From the NCBI RefSeq assembly GCF_009914755.1, contig NC_060938.1: DNA of 64,000 nucleotides. One strand, written 5' to 3'. The translations under genes and the position numbers were made by a program. The notes below the pieces were generated by a model that saw only the letters and a list, made by a program, of their open reading frames with translations, was not told the DNA's origin and did not search any database. Positions 24,691 to 39,545 of the stretch are shown here, in pieces. Numbering within the stretch: the stretch's first letter is position 1; each line of letters starts with the position of its first letter. This stretch comes from the human T2T-CHM13v2.0 reference genome, Homo sapiens.

Positions 24691-27037
24691 TACATAATGC
24701 TGAGCTTTTTTGAACACTGTCTCCATCTAACCAGTTTCCTTTAAATAACTGTATCTTTGGAAGCCTAGCCTTAATGAGTCTCATCATACACCTTGAGAGT
24801 CAAGCCACTTAAAAGAAAGTTGTGCCCTATAATTTAGACACATTTAGTTTTTATTTTACTTGTAATAGTACTGTTACTGCTATAGAAACAACAATCTGCT
24901 TGCTGTGTTTTTAGAAAGTGCATACTATTTAAACAGTATGCACTTTAGCAAAAAAAAACTAGAAAATATTTTGCCTCAGGATAGTATGATCATCTATTTA
25001 AAAAAATTAATAAGATGGGCCACAAGAAGATTTTGGGGGAGGTTTTAAGATTTTTAAAAATATTTAGTTATTATTTTCCCAGAGCACTGAGGGACATTTT
25101 TTAAGTGTCAGGTAACACGTACTAAAGGTGGTGGCTTGTCCTGATCTACAAAATACAAGTATTGGAAAAAAAAATAAACAGTTTTAACATCCTGGTAGCT
25201 TTTGAGAATTTTCGTGCCTTTGGCATAAAAGAACTACCATGGTATATGTTCAGCATTTGATTAGTATAAGAACCTTCAATATTAACTGGGAAGAACTTCT
25301 GAAAATTAAATGTCTAGTGGATGTTTTCTCTCTCATAAAGTGAATTAACTGGAGAAATATGATAATACATGGTTACCACTGTCTGCATAATTGACAGAAA
25401 TATTAACAAAAGTTGTTTCTGGGTATTATTATCAAACAGAATGAGGAATTAGGCAAATTATAATGAAATCCCTGGTGTTTTAAGTTTCAGTAAGCAGAAA
25501 CAAACACAAATATTTCTTATACAACCTTACTTGAATATCCAATGATAATCAGGTTTCTTTTACTGTAATTTTTAAGGAAGAGTACCTGAAAGTTATCACC
25601 CATTCTACAAAAGCTTGCACTGTTGATTCTTCATCTGACATGATTTGAAACTCTGGACTTCACACTTTCATCTGCTGCCAGCCATAGGGTCCATAGATCG
25701 TATCATAACTGAAAAAGTTGTCGGGCAACTTGATACCTTGGCTACCTATATTAAAATGTAGAAAGAACATGTTTTAAAGCTTCTATGTGCATCTGAGGCT
25801 ATCTATATCACCATCTACCTTTTTCTTTTTGCCTAATTGCAAACTTATGATATTCACAAAGACACAAATCTTAAGTAAATTAACTCATCAAGATGGTTTT
25901 GGCATGCCAGAAACCATGTGTGACCATAGCAATTTTCTTGAGTAAATCTCCTGAAAATTTGTTTTCCTTCACATATGCTTCATTTTTCCTAAATATTTCA
26001 AACCTAAATAAAGCCTACCTTTTATTATTTAGTTAAGTATACTGGGAGATAAATTACACATAATTTTTGAATGCTCAATTGATAAAAAGATGACTCATAA
26101 AATACACAACTGTCTTGAAGAAATATAAAGTTTGTACAGAGTCAATAAAAAAATGATCAGGCCACATTCATACAAACCAACAAAATCCCAGCATCTAGAT
26201 GTTAATGTGGACCTCAGGAGTTAACTAGGCTGAAGTCGTAGAGTATACAAGAGTATGTTTGTGCTTTTTATACCATCTGCCATTTATCAGTAGTGGTTGA
26301 TAAAGTATATGCCAATATTTAATTTTAAGTGCTTTTAAAAATAAAATATTTCTTCCAACTGTAATACACAATTATGAATGTATTTGGATATAAGACATTT
26401 TCATTTAATTGAGAGTTTATTTTTTAGTGAGTGGACATGCCTTTTATTTGTAGAAGCTCCTTTCTTAGTATATTACAGAGTTTACATTGCACAACCAGGC
26501 AGCTTTTACTGGCTGATTACACGAATTTGTTTTTTCTAGCTATCCTTGGAAGTCTTTGATATTGCAGAACTGAATTGACTGGTGCCAAAGGGGAAACTTT
26601 TGGAAATCTCTGATATAAAATGTTCTTCTTTGAATAAAAGAAATGCCCCCAGAAGTGGATTTTAAATCCATTTTGGATCTTTTCTGCTGGTTGTTAACTC
26701 TACATTCATCATTTTGTCCCTATTTTATATGTAATGCCCTTCAATAGATGTTTTTATAGGTGGTTCTTAACACCTGTATCCTCATAGATTAACATGTTCT
26801 GCTGATTAATAACATGTGCATTTCCACTGTTTACCTGATAGCATTTTAGATTGATTTGTAGTAATCCAAAACCTTGCACCAGTTTAATCTCTTTTAAAAA
26901 ATGATATATTAAAACCTTCAATGTGAAACGCAGCATGTTTGTTTCTGGGCATATGAAAATGAATAAAATACATGTGGCTTTATACTTTCTATTTCTACTG
27001 TAGATGAGAAAGATGCTAAAAATAACTAACTTAATTA

Positions 27038-29420
27038 CAGGCACACTTCAGAGATATTGGAGGTTCTGTTCCAGACCACCACAGTAAAGCAAACGTAACA
27101 GTAAAGCAAATCACATGAATTTCTTGTTTTTTCAGTGCATGTAAAAGTTATGTTTACACTATACATACTATAGTTTATTAAGCTAGCAATACCATATGTC
27201 AAAAAAAGTACATGCCTTAATTTTAAAACTAGCTAAAAATGCTAACAATGGACTGAACCATTGGCAAGTCATAATCCTTTCACTCCTGAAGGATCTTTCC
27301 TTAACAACGACGGCTGCTGACTGATCAGGGTAGTGGTTGCTGAGACTGTGGTCACCGTGACAAGTTCTTAACATGACAATAAAATTTGCTACTTAATTGA
27401 TTCTTCCATGAAAAATTTCTCGATAGCATACAATACTGTTTCATAGCATTTTACCCACAGTAGATCTTTCAAATTTGGAGTCAATTCTCTTCAACCCTGC
27501 CACTGCGTTATCAATTAAGTTTACGTATATTTAAATCCTTGGTTGTAATTTTATAATTCTAACAACGTTCACAACATCTTCACCAAGAGTAAATTCATGC
27601 ATAGTAAGAAACTCATATCATTCAAGTTTCATCATAAGATTGCTGCAATTCAGTCACATCTTAAAGTTTCACTTCAAATTCCAGTTTTCTTGTGATTTTT
27701 ACAACATCTGAAGTTTACTTCCTCCACTGAAGTCTTGAACTCCCAAAGTCATCCATAAGGGCTAGAGTCAATTTCTTCCAAACTCCTGTAAAAGTTGCTA
27801 TTTTGACCTCTTCCCGTTAATCCCAAATGTTCTTAATGGCATCTAGAATAGTGAATCCTTTTCAGATGCTTTTCTGTTCCCTTTTCCAGATCCATCAGAA
27901 GAATCACTGTCTATGGCAGCTGCTTGTTTTGGCTGCTTTGATCATCTATCCAGCCTTGCAAAATTTATTTATTAAATTATAAGACTTGAAAGTCAGAATT
28001 ACTTTTTGATGTGTGTGCTACAGAATATATATTGTGTTAGAATGCATGAAAACAACATTCATCTCCTTGTACATCTGCATCAGACCCCTGGGGTAATTAC
28101 GTACATTGTCACTGAGCAGTACTATTTTGAAAGAGATCACTTTGTTTTCTTTTTGAGCATTAGGTTTTGAGAATGGGCTTAAAATATACAGTAAACCGTG
28201 CTGTCATCCAGGCTTTGTTGTCCCATTTATAGAGCACAGGCAGAATAGATTTAATATAATTCTTAATGGCCCTAGGCTTTTTGAAATGGTAAATAAACAC
28301 TGAATTCAGCTTAAATTCACCAGCTGGCTGAGCCCCTAACAAGAATGTCAGCCTGTCCTTTGAAGTTTTGAAGCCAGACATTGGTTTCTCCTCTCTACCT
28401 ATAGACCTAGATGGCATCTTCCGCCAACATAAGGCTATTTCGTCTTCATTGAAAACCTGTTCTTGGGTGTAGTTACCTTCATCAGTTATCTTACCTAGAT
28501 CTTCTTGATAACTCACTTCAGCTTCTACTCCAACACTTGCTGCTTTGCCTTGCATTTTTATGGTATGGATATGGTGGTCTCTTTACTTAAACCTCATGGA
28601 GCAACATCTGCTTTCTTCAATTTTTTCTTCTACAGCTTTCTCACTTCTCTCAGCCTTCACAGAATTAAAGAGAGTTAGGGTTATGCTCTAGATTAGACTT
28701 CGGTTTAACAGAAGGTTTTGGCTGGTTTGATCTTCTATACAAACCACGCAAACTTTCTCCATATCAGCAATAAGGCTGTTTCACTTTCTTATCATTTGGG
28801 TGTTCACTAAATTAGCATTTTCTTCATGAAGGTTTTCTTCGCATTCAAAGCATGGCTGACTGTTTGATGCAAAAGGCCTAGCTGTCTGCCTATCTTGTTT
28901 TTTGACAATGTTTTCCTCACTAAGCTTAATCATTTCTAGCTTTTGATTTAAAGAAATATGTGTGACTCTTCCTTTCACTTACACACTTAGAGACCACTGT
29001 GGGGTAAATAATTGGCATAATTTCAACATTGTGTGTCTCAAGGAATAGCAAGGCTTGAAGACAATGGAGAAATGGCATTAGGGCTGGTCAGTGGAAGAGT
29101 CAGAACACACATAGTATTTATCAGCTGAGTTCTCCATCTCATATGGGTATTGTTCGTGATGCCCTCAAATTATTTCAATACTATCATCAAAGATCACTGA
29201 TCACAGATCACCATTACATATATAATAATAGTGAAAAATTTGAATATACTATGAGAATTATCAAAATGTGAAACAGAGGCCTGAAGTGAGTGCATGCTGT
29301 TGGGAAAAATGGTGCTGATATACATGCTCTATGCAGGGTTGCCACAAATCTTTAATTTGTAAAAATTACAGTATTTGCAAAGTTCAATAAAGTAAAGCAC
29401 AATAAAGTAAAATTTGCCTG
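27038..29420 (-). mobile_element. Tigger1 DNA transposon, essentially full length, decayed pogo-type transposase
   Basis: Ends caggca.../...tgcctg with TA on the left flank; ~2.38 kb. ORF remnants ISLNQKLEMIKLSEE (CENP-B-like HTH, 28781-28978) and QVFNEDEIALCWRKMPSR..SKDRLTFLLGA (DDE region, 28160-28555). Confidence 0.93.
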
Positions 29421-30111
29421 AATTTAAATAAAATTTTTATAAATATAATAAAGGGGCACCTTCATTTTACAATTTCTATTGTAAATAATTGTATATACTG
29501 CATGCCACAGTTGAAGAAATCAACTGTAATCCAGTTACCAAAACAGAAGTCAATTGTAGCTGACATACCAAAGCAGAATTAATATTGTCAGTCATTTAAA
29601 AATTTGGTCATCTTAGGGCTTTTTTTTTTTAAATTAAATGAGCTCACCTTCATAGGCAAAGGAAAAAAAAGTATTATCTATGAAATGGCAAATGTGATAT
29701 GGAGAATATTTTATGCAGTGATTTTTTTATCTCACTGGCTTTTTGGATTAATTAAAGGTAACATAATGAATTGAATGGTGCCTAGCCACTTAAGACTGAA
29801 GCCATAACAAACTAGTTAACAGATGCCAACAGTTGTCTACCAGCTTTGGGTTGAAGTTGGTAGAACATTAGGTGCATACAAAATTAATTCCATTCTGTCA
29901 GATTTTCTTGTTTTTGTTGTTACTTTTGGATGCTTTTATTTTCTCTAATGTAACTGTGATCTTTGTAGGCAACCAAATAAATATTGGATGTGTCCTATTT
30001 TAATTTTTTCTACAAATGACATGTTAAAATATCACATACTCTTTGCTTCTATAAAAAAGTTTAATAAATGAGGAAAACTATTAAATTTTAATAGCTATTG
30101 GTATCTTTTCC

Positions 30112-31154
30112 AGTTTTATTAAGGTATGATTGACAAAAATTGTGTGTATTTAAGGTGTACAATGTCATTATTTTATATACATATACATTGTTAAATTATG
30201 TCACAACCATGCTAAGTCCCATCGTGTATGGCCACTTAGATTGTTTTCATAAGTTGACTTGTACAGTAAATTAATGGTGCAATAAAGTTGAGAGTGCAGG
30301 TATCTCTTCAAGATGGTGATCTTATGTCCTTTGGCTATGTACCCAGTAGCAAGACCACTGGATCATATAATAGTTCTATTTTTAATTTTGTGAGGAACCT
30401 TCATACTTTTTTCTATACTGGCTTTAATAATTTATATTCCAACCAACAATATGTAAGAGTTCCCTTTTCTCCACATCCTCATCAACTTTATTTATGTATT
30501 GACTTTTTGATAATGGCCATCCTAATAGGAGTGAGGTAAAACTCATTGAAGTTTAGATTTACATTTCTGTCATGAATATTGATGCTGGACACCTTTTCAT
30601 GTATCTGTTGGCCATTTGTATGTCTTCTTTGGAAAAATGTCTATTCAGGTCCCTTGCCTGTATTTTTAATCAGGTTATTTGGTATTTTGCTATTGAGTGT
30701 ATTTTGGGCATTAATTCATATATATATATGATTTGTAAATATTTTCTTTCATTCTGGAAGTGGCCTTGTCATTGTTGATTTTTTTCTTGCTGTTTGAAAG
30801 ATTTAATGTGATGTAGTCGCATGTTCTCATTTTTGCTTGTATTTTCTATGCTTTTGATGTTATATCACAAAAATCATTTCAAAGATTATGAACATTTTCC
30901 TTGTGTTTTTCTCCTGGGAGTTTTATCAATGCAAGTCTTACATTTAAGTGTTTAATTCATATTGAGTTGATTTTGTGTATGGTGTAAGGTAAAGATCCAA
31001 TTTCATTCCTTTGCATATGAATATCTGGTTTTTCCATTTATTGAAGAGACCCTCCTTTTCCCTTTGTGTATTCTTGGCATCTTTGTTGGCGATGATTGAC
31101 TGCATATGTATCGGTTTATTTCTGGGCTCTCTATTTTAGAATAGACTATACCAG

Positions 31155-31195
<41 letters not shown>

Positions 31196-32160
31196 GTATA
31201 TGTATATGTATACATGTATGCATATGTGTCTATTTTTATACCAGTACATATACCAGTACATATATATGTGTAAGAACACACACACATATATATGCACACA
31301 CGTATATGTATATATGTATGCATATATGTCTATTTTTATGTTAGTATCATACTGTTTTGATTAATAAGACTTACAATTTGAAATCAGAAAGTGTGATGCT
31401 TCTACCTTTTTCTTCTTTCTTAAGATTGTATTAGCTACTTTGTGTTTTTTATGTTTTCATTTAAAAATTTTATAATTTTTTTCTCTTTGTATGAAAAATG
31501 CCAGTGAAATTTTGATAGGATTTGCATTAAACCTGTAGATTTCTTTAGTACTATAGATATTTTAACAATATTAATTTTCCCAATCCATAGACAGGAGATA
31601 TCTTTCCATTTATTTGTTTCTTATTCAATATCTTTTAACAATGTCATAATTTTCAGTGTATAGAACTTTTACTTCCTTGATTAAATATATTCCTAAATAT
31701 TTTTTATGTTACTGTAAATGGTATTGTTTTCTTAAATCCTTTTTCTGGCAGTTTGTATTTAATGGATAGAAGCACAACTTGAACTTCTGATTTTGTTTAT
31801 GTGTTATCTTCCTGATTTCAATGAATTGTCTGTGTTCTCTTGTAGCTCACTAAGCTTCCTTCAAAAAATTGCTTCAAATTCTTTGTCAGGAAGTTCATAG
31901 ATCTCCATTTCTTTGTGGTTAGTTACTGGAGAATTACCATGTTTCTTTGGCAATGTCACGTTTTCTTAGTTTTGTATGTTCCTTGAAGTCTTGTACTGTT
32001 ATTACACTTTTAGAAAGACCCATCTCCTGCAGTCATTATTGAATGGTTTTGGGAGAGAAATACCTTTATCAGTCAGCTCCTTAGGCATTTTGAGGTTCTT
32101 TCTTTCAGTTTCTCCTATGAATGTAGTACTTCACCGTTTTGGTTCCCTCTTGTGGAACAC
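30112..32160 (-). mobile_element. L1MA-type element: 3' end plus ORF2 3' part, joined to an ORF1-proximal fragment (~31780-32160)
   Basis: tttattaaggtatgattgacaaaaattg..tttaaggtgtacaa; ttccaaccaacaatatgtaagagttcccttttctccacatcctc; ttggccatttgtatgtcttctttggaaaaatgtctattcag. Confidence 0.85.
31148..31340. repeat. (TA)/(CA)/(TG) compound microsatellite with a ~100-bp higher-order duplication
   Basis: cacacacgtatatgtata...tgtatgcatat(g/a)tgtctatttttat occurs twice. Confidence 0.85.
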
Positions 32161-32964
32161 TTAGGCATTACTAATTCAGACAGGGAGAAATCATTGCAAG
32201 CACAAATAAACTAAAGGAGTAATATACATAGTCTCTGATCCAAAAGTAGAGTAACCATTTATCCTAGTTTTCTTTTTCATCTAGCTTAGATCAGTTGCCT
32301 TGACTTAGTTTAGCAATTAGCACTCTCAAAACTGTCTGTTTGGATCATAAATTATATCACCTGTTGTGGATCTTTAGGGAAAGGATAAACTAGTTAACAA
32401 ATGTTACGGACCGAAAAAAAAGGATATTCTTAAATAAAAAGTTAAATTAGATGTCTATCCACACTAAATATCAAATTCAATCAATACGAATATGGGAAAA
32501 ACTATTTAGCATTACATAGTGAGGGTTAAAATGGAGCAAATGATCATTGATTATCTCTTCAAGCTTTGGCTCTGGTTCTCACCCTAGAATAAGGGTGTCT
32601 TTCTAGTCGCTCTGCTGGAGGGGGCACTTTATCCTTGTTGGTCTATCAAGTAGAGGTCTCTTTTGTGACTGGACCTGCCTGGAGCAGCACTTTCTTCTTC
32701 TTCTTCTTTTTTTTTTTTCTGAATTCTCACAGAAGTGTTCTAATGTGCTAGCTGTGGCCCCAATTGAATTTTAGTTCTAGTTAGTTGCTATCTAAGATCA
32801 CTTTAATTTTTGATGCTAGAGTTATCACCATTTACTAACATTTTATTCACTATTCTTTAAAGTCCTAAGTCATTTTTATGTGTACTATTACCTAACCATT
32901 ATCTTTCATCTTATTATTATAGTCTTATTGGTTACTTAGGCGACAGCATATGCTTTTAGGAGGG

Positions 32965-33195
32965 CACTATGGTACAAAGCAGATGACATATTCTGAAATT
33001 ATACTATATTCAAAACCTGAATTTGTGACTTTGAGAAAGGTACTTCATCCTTTGACTTCCAAATCCATCAAACATGGATAATAGTAATACACATTCCATA
33101 TTCCAGGGTTGTAGTGAGAATTAAATAAGATAACCTATGTAAAAACTCTCAGTATTGTGTTTCACATCTAATAGTGTTTAATGAATGCTGTCTCT
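32965..33195 (+). mobile_element. MIR
   Basis: tgtgactttgagaaagg...atggataatagtaatac...agggttgtagtgagaattaaataagataacctatgtaaaa. Confidence 0.7.
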
Positions 33196-33647
33196 TTCAT
33201 TCATATTATGTTTGTCTTCATTAAATTTAATTTATTATATTAATCTCTTCTCTTTCACCAGCAAATACAGCTTTGTTTTCAATTTTGCCATCTATTATAG
33301 TCATAATTATATTATTCATATATGCAATATTTTGAAGTAGTTTCAATGCAATCATACAAATCATTGAATCAAAGTGTAGAATAGTAAAAGGTCAAAAATC
33401 AGAGTTCATGATACCCTGAAACACACCTCACTTTTGGTGAATATCAGCTCACATTGGAGATGATTATTCAACAAGTAATTAATATATTTATTTTACTTGA
33501 ATTTGGTGTATAGGGTAATCAATCTAGTCAATTATCACTGAATTGTTATCGCTTCTATCTAATAAAAAAAGAAGTCTGAGTGACTGAGAAAGGGTTTAAA
33601 CAAGGTGTATATTGAGTTTCTAAATAAATCACAGATATCGAAGAAGT

Positions 33648-34905
33648 GCTCTAGGACACTGGTTAGGGTACCTTTTTTTTCTTGTTTTTTTGGGGGTGGG
33701 GTGTTAAGACCTCAAAAGCACAGACAACCAAAGCAAAAATAGACAAATGGGATTATATCAAGCTAAAAAACTTCTGGAAGCAAAGGAAACAATCAGCAAA
33801 GTGAAGAGACAACCCAGAGAATGGGAGAAAATATTTGCAAACTATCTGCCTGACAAGTGATTAACCACCAGATTATATAAGAAGCTGAAATAACTCAATA
33901 GCAAAATGTAATAATAATGATCTGATTTTAAAATGGTCAAAACATCTGAATAGACATTTCTTAAAAGAAGACATACAAATGACAAACAGGTATATGAAAA
34001 AGTGTTCAACATCACTAGTCATCACAGAAAGGAAAATCAAATCTACAATGAGATATCATCTATCCCCAGTTAAAATGGGCTTTATAAGAAGGCACACAGT
34101 AACAGAAGCTGGTGAGGACACAGAGAAAGGGGAACACACATACATTGTTGGTAGAAATGTAAATTAGTACAGCCACTATGAAGAACAGTATGGAGGTTCC
34201 TCACAAACTACAAATAGAATTACTATATGATCCAGCAATTCCACTACTAGTATAACCTAAAGAAAGAAAAGAAATATATTGAAGAGATATCTGCACTCTC
34301 ATGTTTACTGTAGCCCTATGCACAACAGCCAAAATGAGGAATCAACCTAAGTGCCCATCAAGGAATGAATGAATAAAGAAAATGTAATATGTGTACATAC
34401 TGAAATATTACTCAGCCACAAATAAAAATGCAATCCTGTCATTAGCAGAAACATGAATGCTGGAAGCTATTACATTAAGTGAAATAAGTCAAACACAGAA
34501 GGACAGATATTGCATTTTCTCATTCATATTTGAGCTAAAAGAAAAGTGGATCTCATGAATGTAGAGAGTAAATATGTGGCTACCAGAGAGCAAGAAAGAG
34601 GGGGGAAATGAAGAGAGGTTGATTAATGGGTACAAATATAGTTCGACAGAAAAAATAAGGCAGTGTTTGATAAGTCAGTGGGATGACTATAGTTTACAAT
34701 AATCTATTGTGCACTTCAAAATAGCTAGAAGAGAAGAATTAAGACGGTTCTTACATAAAGAAGAAAACAAATAATTATGGTAATTGACTTCCTAAGTACA
34801 CTAATTTAATCTTTACAAATTATATGAATGTATTAAATTATCACATGTACCCCCAAACTATGTATATTTAATATGTATCAATAAAATTAATACAAAAAAG
34901 AAAAA
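33648..34905 (+). mobile_element. L1MA-type 3' end (5'-truncated)
   Basis: caaagcaaaaatagacaaatgggattatatcaagctaaaaaacttctg; ORF2 C-terminus [20 protein letters not shown]; AATAAA plus A-rich tail. Confidence 0.9.
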
Positions 34906-35899
34906 TCTAAGTGCAGTAGCTAAAAATAATATAAAATACTGTTGTGATGTTCATACTTCAATATCCTTATTTCAGGAATACAGTGTTAAATCTCCATTAT
35001 GTCTGGATACCTAGTACTTGATATTATTTATCATGGTACCACAATTCATCACTAGGTTTATTGGAAACTGTGACAAAACTAAATTTTTTCTCCTTCATGT
35101 GGGCTGCTAGAAAACATCAAAGGTATTGGCTTAATAAAACACTTATTTATTTTTCAAATATTCAATTATAAATCTGAATACATACACAAGAACAATGTTT
35201 CTGAAGGAACATGCAACTGTGACTAATTTACTTCTTCAAAGAACCCCTGAGAGCTGAGCAATAGACTAAAACCTTGTGCACTACCTCTGAATGCTATAAT
35301 TATATTGAAATTTCCTGAAAGAACAAATACATAGAAAGAAAAAAGTTCCCGAAGACATAGAGTGTGTGACTATCTTAACTCTGAAGACGAGCTTTGAATT
35401 CTGTCAATCCTTCCAAAATTAGGGAAATACAGAATCCTAATGTTAAACTGAGATAATTTATAGGAATATATTAAGCAAATCGTAGTACTTCAAAACAAAA
35501 CTCCAAACCTGTTAATGTTGTTTGCCCAACAAGTTCCTACTGGAAGGATGTAGCAAAAATATATTCATTATGGAATGTAGTTTCTGTTTAAACAAGCAAA
35601 GTTAAAAGGAACTAAGCAATTGGCCAGGTTCAAAACTTATAGCTTCTATTGAGTCTTAGTGTGGCAAAAATCCAAAGGAAGGAGACAAGGGCACGGCACT
35701 TACCCAAGAACCATTTGCTGTGGAAAGCTGGCTTGTTATAAGTTTATCTTCTAAACTTAATAAGCTCATCACAAATACTGCTTCTTCCCATCATTTTTTC
35801 TGGTATATTAGACATTTTTTAGAAAGATAGTATATCAACTATATTAAAAACAATTTTAGAGGATAAAAATGAATCATCTGTAATATTTTTAATAAAATT

Positions 35900-37848
35900 A
35901 TTATTTTTAAAATTTTATATTCAGAGGGTACAGGCACATGTTTGTTATATGGGTATATCGCATCATAGTGGGTAGGCCTCTAGTGTAACCCACATCCAAA
36001 TAGTGAACTTTGTACCTCGCAGGTAATTTTTCAACTCTTAACCCCCTCTTACCCTTTTCCCTTTTGGAGTTCCCAATGTATATTATTTCCATATTTATGT
36101 CCATAGGTATCCTTTGTTTAGCTCTAATACGTACGTGAGAACATGTAGTATTTGATTTTCTGTTTGGGAGTTATTTTACTCAGAATGGTGGCCTCCTGCT
36201 GCATTTATTTCACTGCAGAGGACATGATTTTATTCTTTTTTATGACTGCATAATATTTCATGGTATATATGTACCACATTTTTTAATCCAATCAACCATT
36301 AATGGACACTTAGATTGGTTTCATGACATTGCTATTGTGAACAGTGCTGTGATAAACGTAAGAGTACATTTATCTTTTTTAATATAATTATTTATTTTGT
36401 TTGGGTAGATATCCAGTAATGGGATTGCTGGGTTGAGTGGTAGTTCTATTTTTAGTTATTTGAAAAATCTCTGTACTATTTTCCATAGAGGTTGTAATTT
36501 GCAATCCCACCAATAGTGTAAAAATGTTCTATTCTAAGTCCATGCCAACATCTGTTGTTTTTGACTTTTTAATGATAGCCATTCTGAGTAGTGTTAGAAT
36601 ATATCTCATTGTGGTTTTAATTTGCATCTCTCTGATGATTATTTATGTGGAGCATTTTTTCTTGCGTCTGTTGCCCACAGTATGTCTTCTTTTGAAAAAT
36701 ATCTGTTCATGTCCTTTGCCTAGTTTTTAATGGAGTTGTTTGTTTTCTTTACGTTGAGTTGTTTGAGTTCCTCATAGATTCTTAATACTAGACTTTTCTA
36801 GAGGCATAATTTGCAAATATTTTCTCTCATTCTGTAGGTGGTTTGTTTATACTATTGATTATTTCTTTTGCTCTCCAGAAGCTTTTTAGTTTAAAGCCCA
36901 TTTTTTTGTTTTGTTGCATTTACTTTTGGGGTCTTTGTCATAAATTATTTGCCTAGGCCAATCCAGAAGAGTCTTTCCTAGGTTTTCTTCTAGGACTTTT
37001 ATAGTTTCAGGGTCTTATGATTAAGTCTTTATCCATCCTGAGTTAATTTTTGATGAGGAAATGCCTTTGTGTATGATGAGAGATGAGGGGGTCCAATTTC
37101 ATCCTTCTGCATATGGCTAGCTAATTTTCCCAACACCATTAACTGAATAGGGTGTCCACTTTCCATTGTCTATTTTTGTCAAAGATTAGTTGGTTTAGGG
37201 TATGTAGCTTTATTTCTGGGTCTTTTTTTCTGTTTCACTGATCTGTATGTCTAGTTTTGTTATCAGTATGATGCTGTTTTATTTACTATAGCCTTGTATT
37301 GTAATTTGAGGTCAGGTAATTAGATGCCTCTGGATTTGTTCTAATTGCTTAGGATTATTTTGGCTATGAGCTGTAGCATTATCTTTTCTATTTCTATGAA
37401 AAATTACATCGGTAATTTTATAGAAATTGCATTGAATCTGTAGATCTCTTTGCGCTTTATTGTCACTTTAACAATATTGATTCTTGCAATCTGTGAGCAT
37501 GGTGTGTTTTTGTATTTGTTCATGTCATCTACAATTTCTTTTATAAGTGTTTTGTAGTTCTCTTTGTAGAGATCTTTTACTTCCTTGGTTAAATGTATGT
37601 CTAGGTATTTTATATTTTTAGTGGCTGTTATAAATGGGATTGAGTTCTTAATTTGATTCTCAGCTTAAATGTAACTGGTGTTTAGAAATGCTTCTGATTT
37701 TTGTATGTTGATTTTGTATCCTGAAATTTTACTGAAATCATTTAAGTCTAGGAGTCTTTGGAGGAGTCTTTAGTGTTTTCTAGGTAGACAGTTATGTCAT
37801 CAGCAAACAAAGGTAAATTGACTTCCTCTTTTGCAATTGGTTGCCTTT
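35900..37848 (-). mobile_element. L1PB / old L1PA-type 3' ~1.9 kb
   Basis: gagggtacaggcacatgtttgttatatgggtata...gtgagaacatgtagtatttgattttctg...atgtcatcagcaaacaaaggtaaattgacttcctctttt. Confidence 0.9.
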
Positions 37849-38139
37849 TATGTAACAAAATTATTTTTATTCTTTTTCATATTTCCTCATTCTATAAATG
37901 TGAAAATATATTTTATGTAGTCAAAATATTAATAAAAATAAGATTTCATGTACTAAAATATTGTATTCTAACTGATTTTCATGTTGCTTTATAATCACAT
38001 TTGTTGCTTCATATTAGTTCATCACATATTATAAAAACGTAGCTATAAAAAACAATTATGAAAGACAGATATTTCCTCACTTTTAGACAGTTAAAATGGT
38101 ATCATTTGTTTTACTAGTTCTGGCACTGGCATAGTAAAT

Positions 38140-39545
38140 AATATGATCTGAATATTTGTACCCCCCCGCCGAGATTTGATGGGAACCCAATCACTAATGT
38201 AATGGTGCTAGGAAGCAGGACCTTTGGGAAGTATTTAGGTCATGAAGTCAGAGCTCTCATAGATGAAATTAGTGTCCTTGTAAAAGATATCCCAGGATGA
38301 ATCATCTATTTATGAGATGGGCCCTAATAGGTACTGAATCTGCCAGTACTTTGATTTTGGGCTTTCCAAACCCTAGAACTGTGAAAAATAAGAGTTGCTT
38401 ATAAGATACCCAGTCCATGACATTTTGTTATAACTGCCTCAACAGACTATGACCAAAAAAACAAAATCAGTATTGAAAAAGGGAGGTGGTGCTATAACAA
38501 ACATCTAAAATGTGAAGTCTTTGGAACTGGATAATGGGTAGAGACTGGATGAGTTTTGAACTGCAGTGTAGAAAAAGTTTATGTTGCTATGAACAGACTG
38601 TTAAGGGTGATACTAGTGAGGGCTCAGACAGAAAGCCTCAATTTTCAGAGAATACCTAAGTAATCCCAAACAGAATGCTATTATAAACATGAAGGATAAA
38701 GGCCGTTATGATGAAGTCTCTGACAAAAATGAGAAATGTGTTATTGGAAACACAAATAGGAAAAGGAAATTCTTATAATGTGGCAAAGAACTTAGCTATA
38801 TTCTGTTTGTGTCCTAGTGTTCTGTGGAAGGTAGAACTTGGGAGTAATGAAATTAGATATTTAGCTGAAGCTATTTCTTAGTAAAATCTTGAAAGTGCAG
38901 CTTGACTTCTCTTGAGTGCTTAAAGTAAAATGCTAAAAGAGTATAATGCTTAAATGTTACATTTTTAATCCAAAGGGGAGCAGAGCTTAGTAATTTGGAA
39001 AACTCTGAATTTATCCATATAAGAAAAATATGAGAAATCTTTTTCAAAAGACAACAAGGATGTGTCCAAGCTACTATTTAATAAGGTGATTTCTGTGAAT
39101 TTTCCATGTCAACAGAAGCCAGGTGTTATTCATAAATGCAATAGAAGAATGAGCCCAAAGGCATTTTGGAGATTCTTAGAGCTGATCTTTGCATCACAGG
39201 CCCAGAGTACAAGGGCCTAGGGGATAGAATAATTTCCATGCTTTGCTCCTGACATTCCAGGGCAGCACTCCTCACTCACACCAAGTGTGGCTCCAGTGGG
39301 CCCAGGTGTGGAGAGGGCTATGGTGGCTGCCCTTTCAGAGGGCACAGCTGGTAAACCTCTGCAGCGCACATGCAGTGCCATCGCTGATGGCACACAGAGT
39401 ATACTAGCAGAGGGACCATGGCTATCTGCATCTATATTTTGAAAGATGGAGGCTGCCAGAGACTTGGGTGCACTACCTAGGCAGAGGCACCTCGATGTAG
39501 GGACAGAGTCCCAACTAATGGAGTGCCTAGTGCTGTGAAGATCCT
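38140..39545 (+). mobile_element. MLT1A-type MaLR LTR (38140-38454) plus truncated internal region
   Basis: LTR tatgatctgaat...ttgttataactgcctcaacagactatgac; internal gctataacaaacatctaaaatgtg..tttggaactggataatgggtagagactgg; homologous to 49424-50100. Confidence 0.85.
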
